A DNA stretch of 64,000 nt from Lama glama. Its lineage: Eukaryota. Where the stretch lies: NCBI GenBank assembly GCA_028534125.1, contig CM052823.1, positions 26,970,001 through 27,034,000 on the forward strand, read 5' to 3'. The translations under genes were made by a program, and so were the position numbers. Below are positions 62,153-64,000 of the stretch, piece by piece (the stretch's first letter is position 1; each line of letters starts with the position of its first letter). The notes under the pieces are model-generated. The model worked only from the letters and a program-made list of their open reading frames with translations. It did no database searches and was not told the DNA's origin.

Positions 62153-64000
62153 TGATAGGGAGAGACAGGAGCGCGGAGCGATCCTCACGGTCCTAATGCC
62201 CTTCAGCCCCAAGCGCGCGCGTCCTTCGGGGGCCCATTCATTCAAGCACGGAGTCCGCCTCGCGCTCCAGCCCCCGCCGGCCGCCCGGCTGCTACGCCCG
62301 GGGAAAGGAGCGCGGCGGGAGGAAGGCCCGGCGAGGCAGACGCCCACGGCGGAATGGCGAAGGGCCAGAGCCAGTCTCGACTTCCAGAGCTCGGCGACCG
62401 AGCTCCCGGCGGCTGCCCCCGCGCGGCCCTGGTCGGTCCCGCCTACCTCCACCCACCCCCGGACGGAGCAGCCCTGAGTCACCAGCTGAAGATGCGCGAC
62501 CCGGCCCGGGCCTGCGCCGCGGAGCTGCAGTTCTGAGCTGTGCTCTAAACTACGCTCTGGCGCGGGGTTTAAGGTGTGTTCTGCGAGTCCTTGGGAAGGG
62601 GTGGCTGGGCAGGAGAGTCTGGAGTTTGCACCGAAATCTTCAGCAGCCTGGGTTTCGGAGCCGGAGGGCCCACCCTGAAGAGGGATTGGAAGCTGATGCA
62701 CTTGACATTCGAAGAAAGCGAAGGGAAAGCAACGCTGCTTCACAGCGAAAGGAGAATGAGGGTAAAATCATCCCCACGTTTTACATTGGCCGGGGGCTCC
62801 CAGGTTAATGATGCTTCCCTCCACTGTCCCCTGGACATCCCTGGGGTATTACTTCATCAGGAAGAAGGGAGGAGGCCAGAGAGGCTGGAAGATTCCCCCG
62901 AAACCACACAACAAATTAGTCGGCAGAGCACAGTCTAGAAGCCACCTCTCCGTCTGACACTTTGAATAAAGTGCCAAACACGATGGCGAGAGACACGGAC
63001 ACAGAAAGCATTGAGATTCTGCCCCAGCCCTGGTGACACTGAGAATGTGATGTGAACAGCTCTTACTCCGGGCAGAAGACAAGGTGGGTGAGCTAAATTA
63101 GTTCTAGGAGACCAGCGCAGGGTCAGGCACAAAGCAGGCACTGTGAATAGATGTCAAATAAACAAACAAAGCAGGGACCACAGAGGAAGAAATAATATAT
63201 TGCAAGGTGGTCTTAGGGGAAGGCTTCTCACAGAAAGTGGGTAAATTCTTTGAATAGATTATTAAGAGGCAGGGAAGGGGAGGACAGGGCAGGGTGTCAG
63301 CTGCATGAGCAGTCTCAGCAAAGGTCCAGAGGATGGAAATATTTGATGTGTTCAAGGAAAAGGGCTACCTGCTGTTACTGGGGCCCAGGATGCTGGGCAG
63401 TTCTTGGTGGGAGTTGAGGCTGGCCATTCTAGATGGGTGTGGACTCAGGAGGCCCTTGAAGGTGAGAGGCAGGGTTGTCAGGGAGTTTGAGTCCTGAGGG
63501 TGCTCCCAGACACTGGCTCATCTGAAGGCCCATGTAGGGTCCTGGCCTCTAAAGAAGCTGCCTCAGGAATCAGACAGATGATGAAGTCATAGCTCATGCT
63601 TTTCCCCAACCTCTCTCATCGGCACCACTCATTTCCCCATTTCTCCAGTACTCAGGACTGAACCGGCCTCTGATAGATGCTCAATACATTTCTGTTGGAG
63701 TGAAATGAAATGAAGAAAGAAAATCCTAGTCGGGTTTTGCTACAGAAAGGTTATTGTTGTAGTTACAGTACCCATTCCTCACTCAGAAGTCTAACCACGA
63801 AGACACTCAGAGAAGTCCAAAAATGGTCCTATCAAGAATGTGACCCTAGAAAGAAGGGAATGCACAGAAGAGGGGCTCACAAAGAGATCTGTGAGAGAAA
63901 GCTGTGTGGCAGTCAGGAACAATAGGAAATGGTGTGCAGATGCCAGCCAGCTTTGCTCTGCTAGTTCTCTCTCCTGCTGAAGAGTTTAATTAGACTGCTA

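Larger units (their letters stand above)
60800..62560. promoter_or_regulatory. CpG island / GALNT16 promoter and 5' region
   Basis: Very GC-rich with dense undepleted CpG (cgcg, gcgc, ccgg), unlike the rest of the window; lies upstream of exon 2 on the gene strand. Confidence 0.88.

Noticed and set aside
61364-62743. Long ORFs of 205-457 aa in the CpG island
   Set aside because: They run through N gaps and GC-rich, stop-poor sequence; Arg/Gly/Pro/Ala-rich with no recognisable domain.

Overview
Mammalian nuclear DNA, most likely camelid (three tRNA-derived SINEs resemble the camelid Vic-1 family). Almost the whole window is one minus-strand gene, GALNT16 (GALNTL1; polypeptide N-acetylgalactosaminyltransferase 16). 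Ten coding exons can be read with GT-AG boundaries: exons 2-9 (stem and catalytic domain, DSH and WGGEN motifs, phase-consistent) and exons 13-14 (ricin-type lectin domain). Exons 10-12 are not in the called sequence and probably lie in the 500-N gap at 7528-8027. The exon 1 coding part probably lies in the 196-N gap inside the CpG island at about 60.8-62.6 kb. The last coding exon lies beyond position 1. The rest is intron containing ordinary L1, L2, MIR, hAT/mariner and LTR relics and microsatellites. I found no convincing novel biological system. The best leads are a set of RFX X-boxes (one a perfect palindrome), the missing exons beside an L1 5' end, apparent divergence of the lectin exons, a candidate 5'UTR splice acceptor, and several small transposon and repair footprints. 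Exon numbering, human comparisons and repeat family names come from recalled sequences, not from a search.
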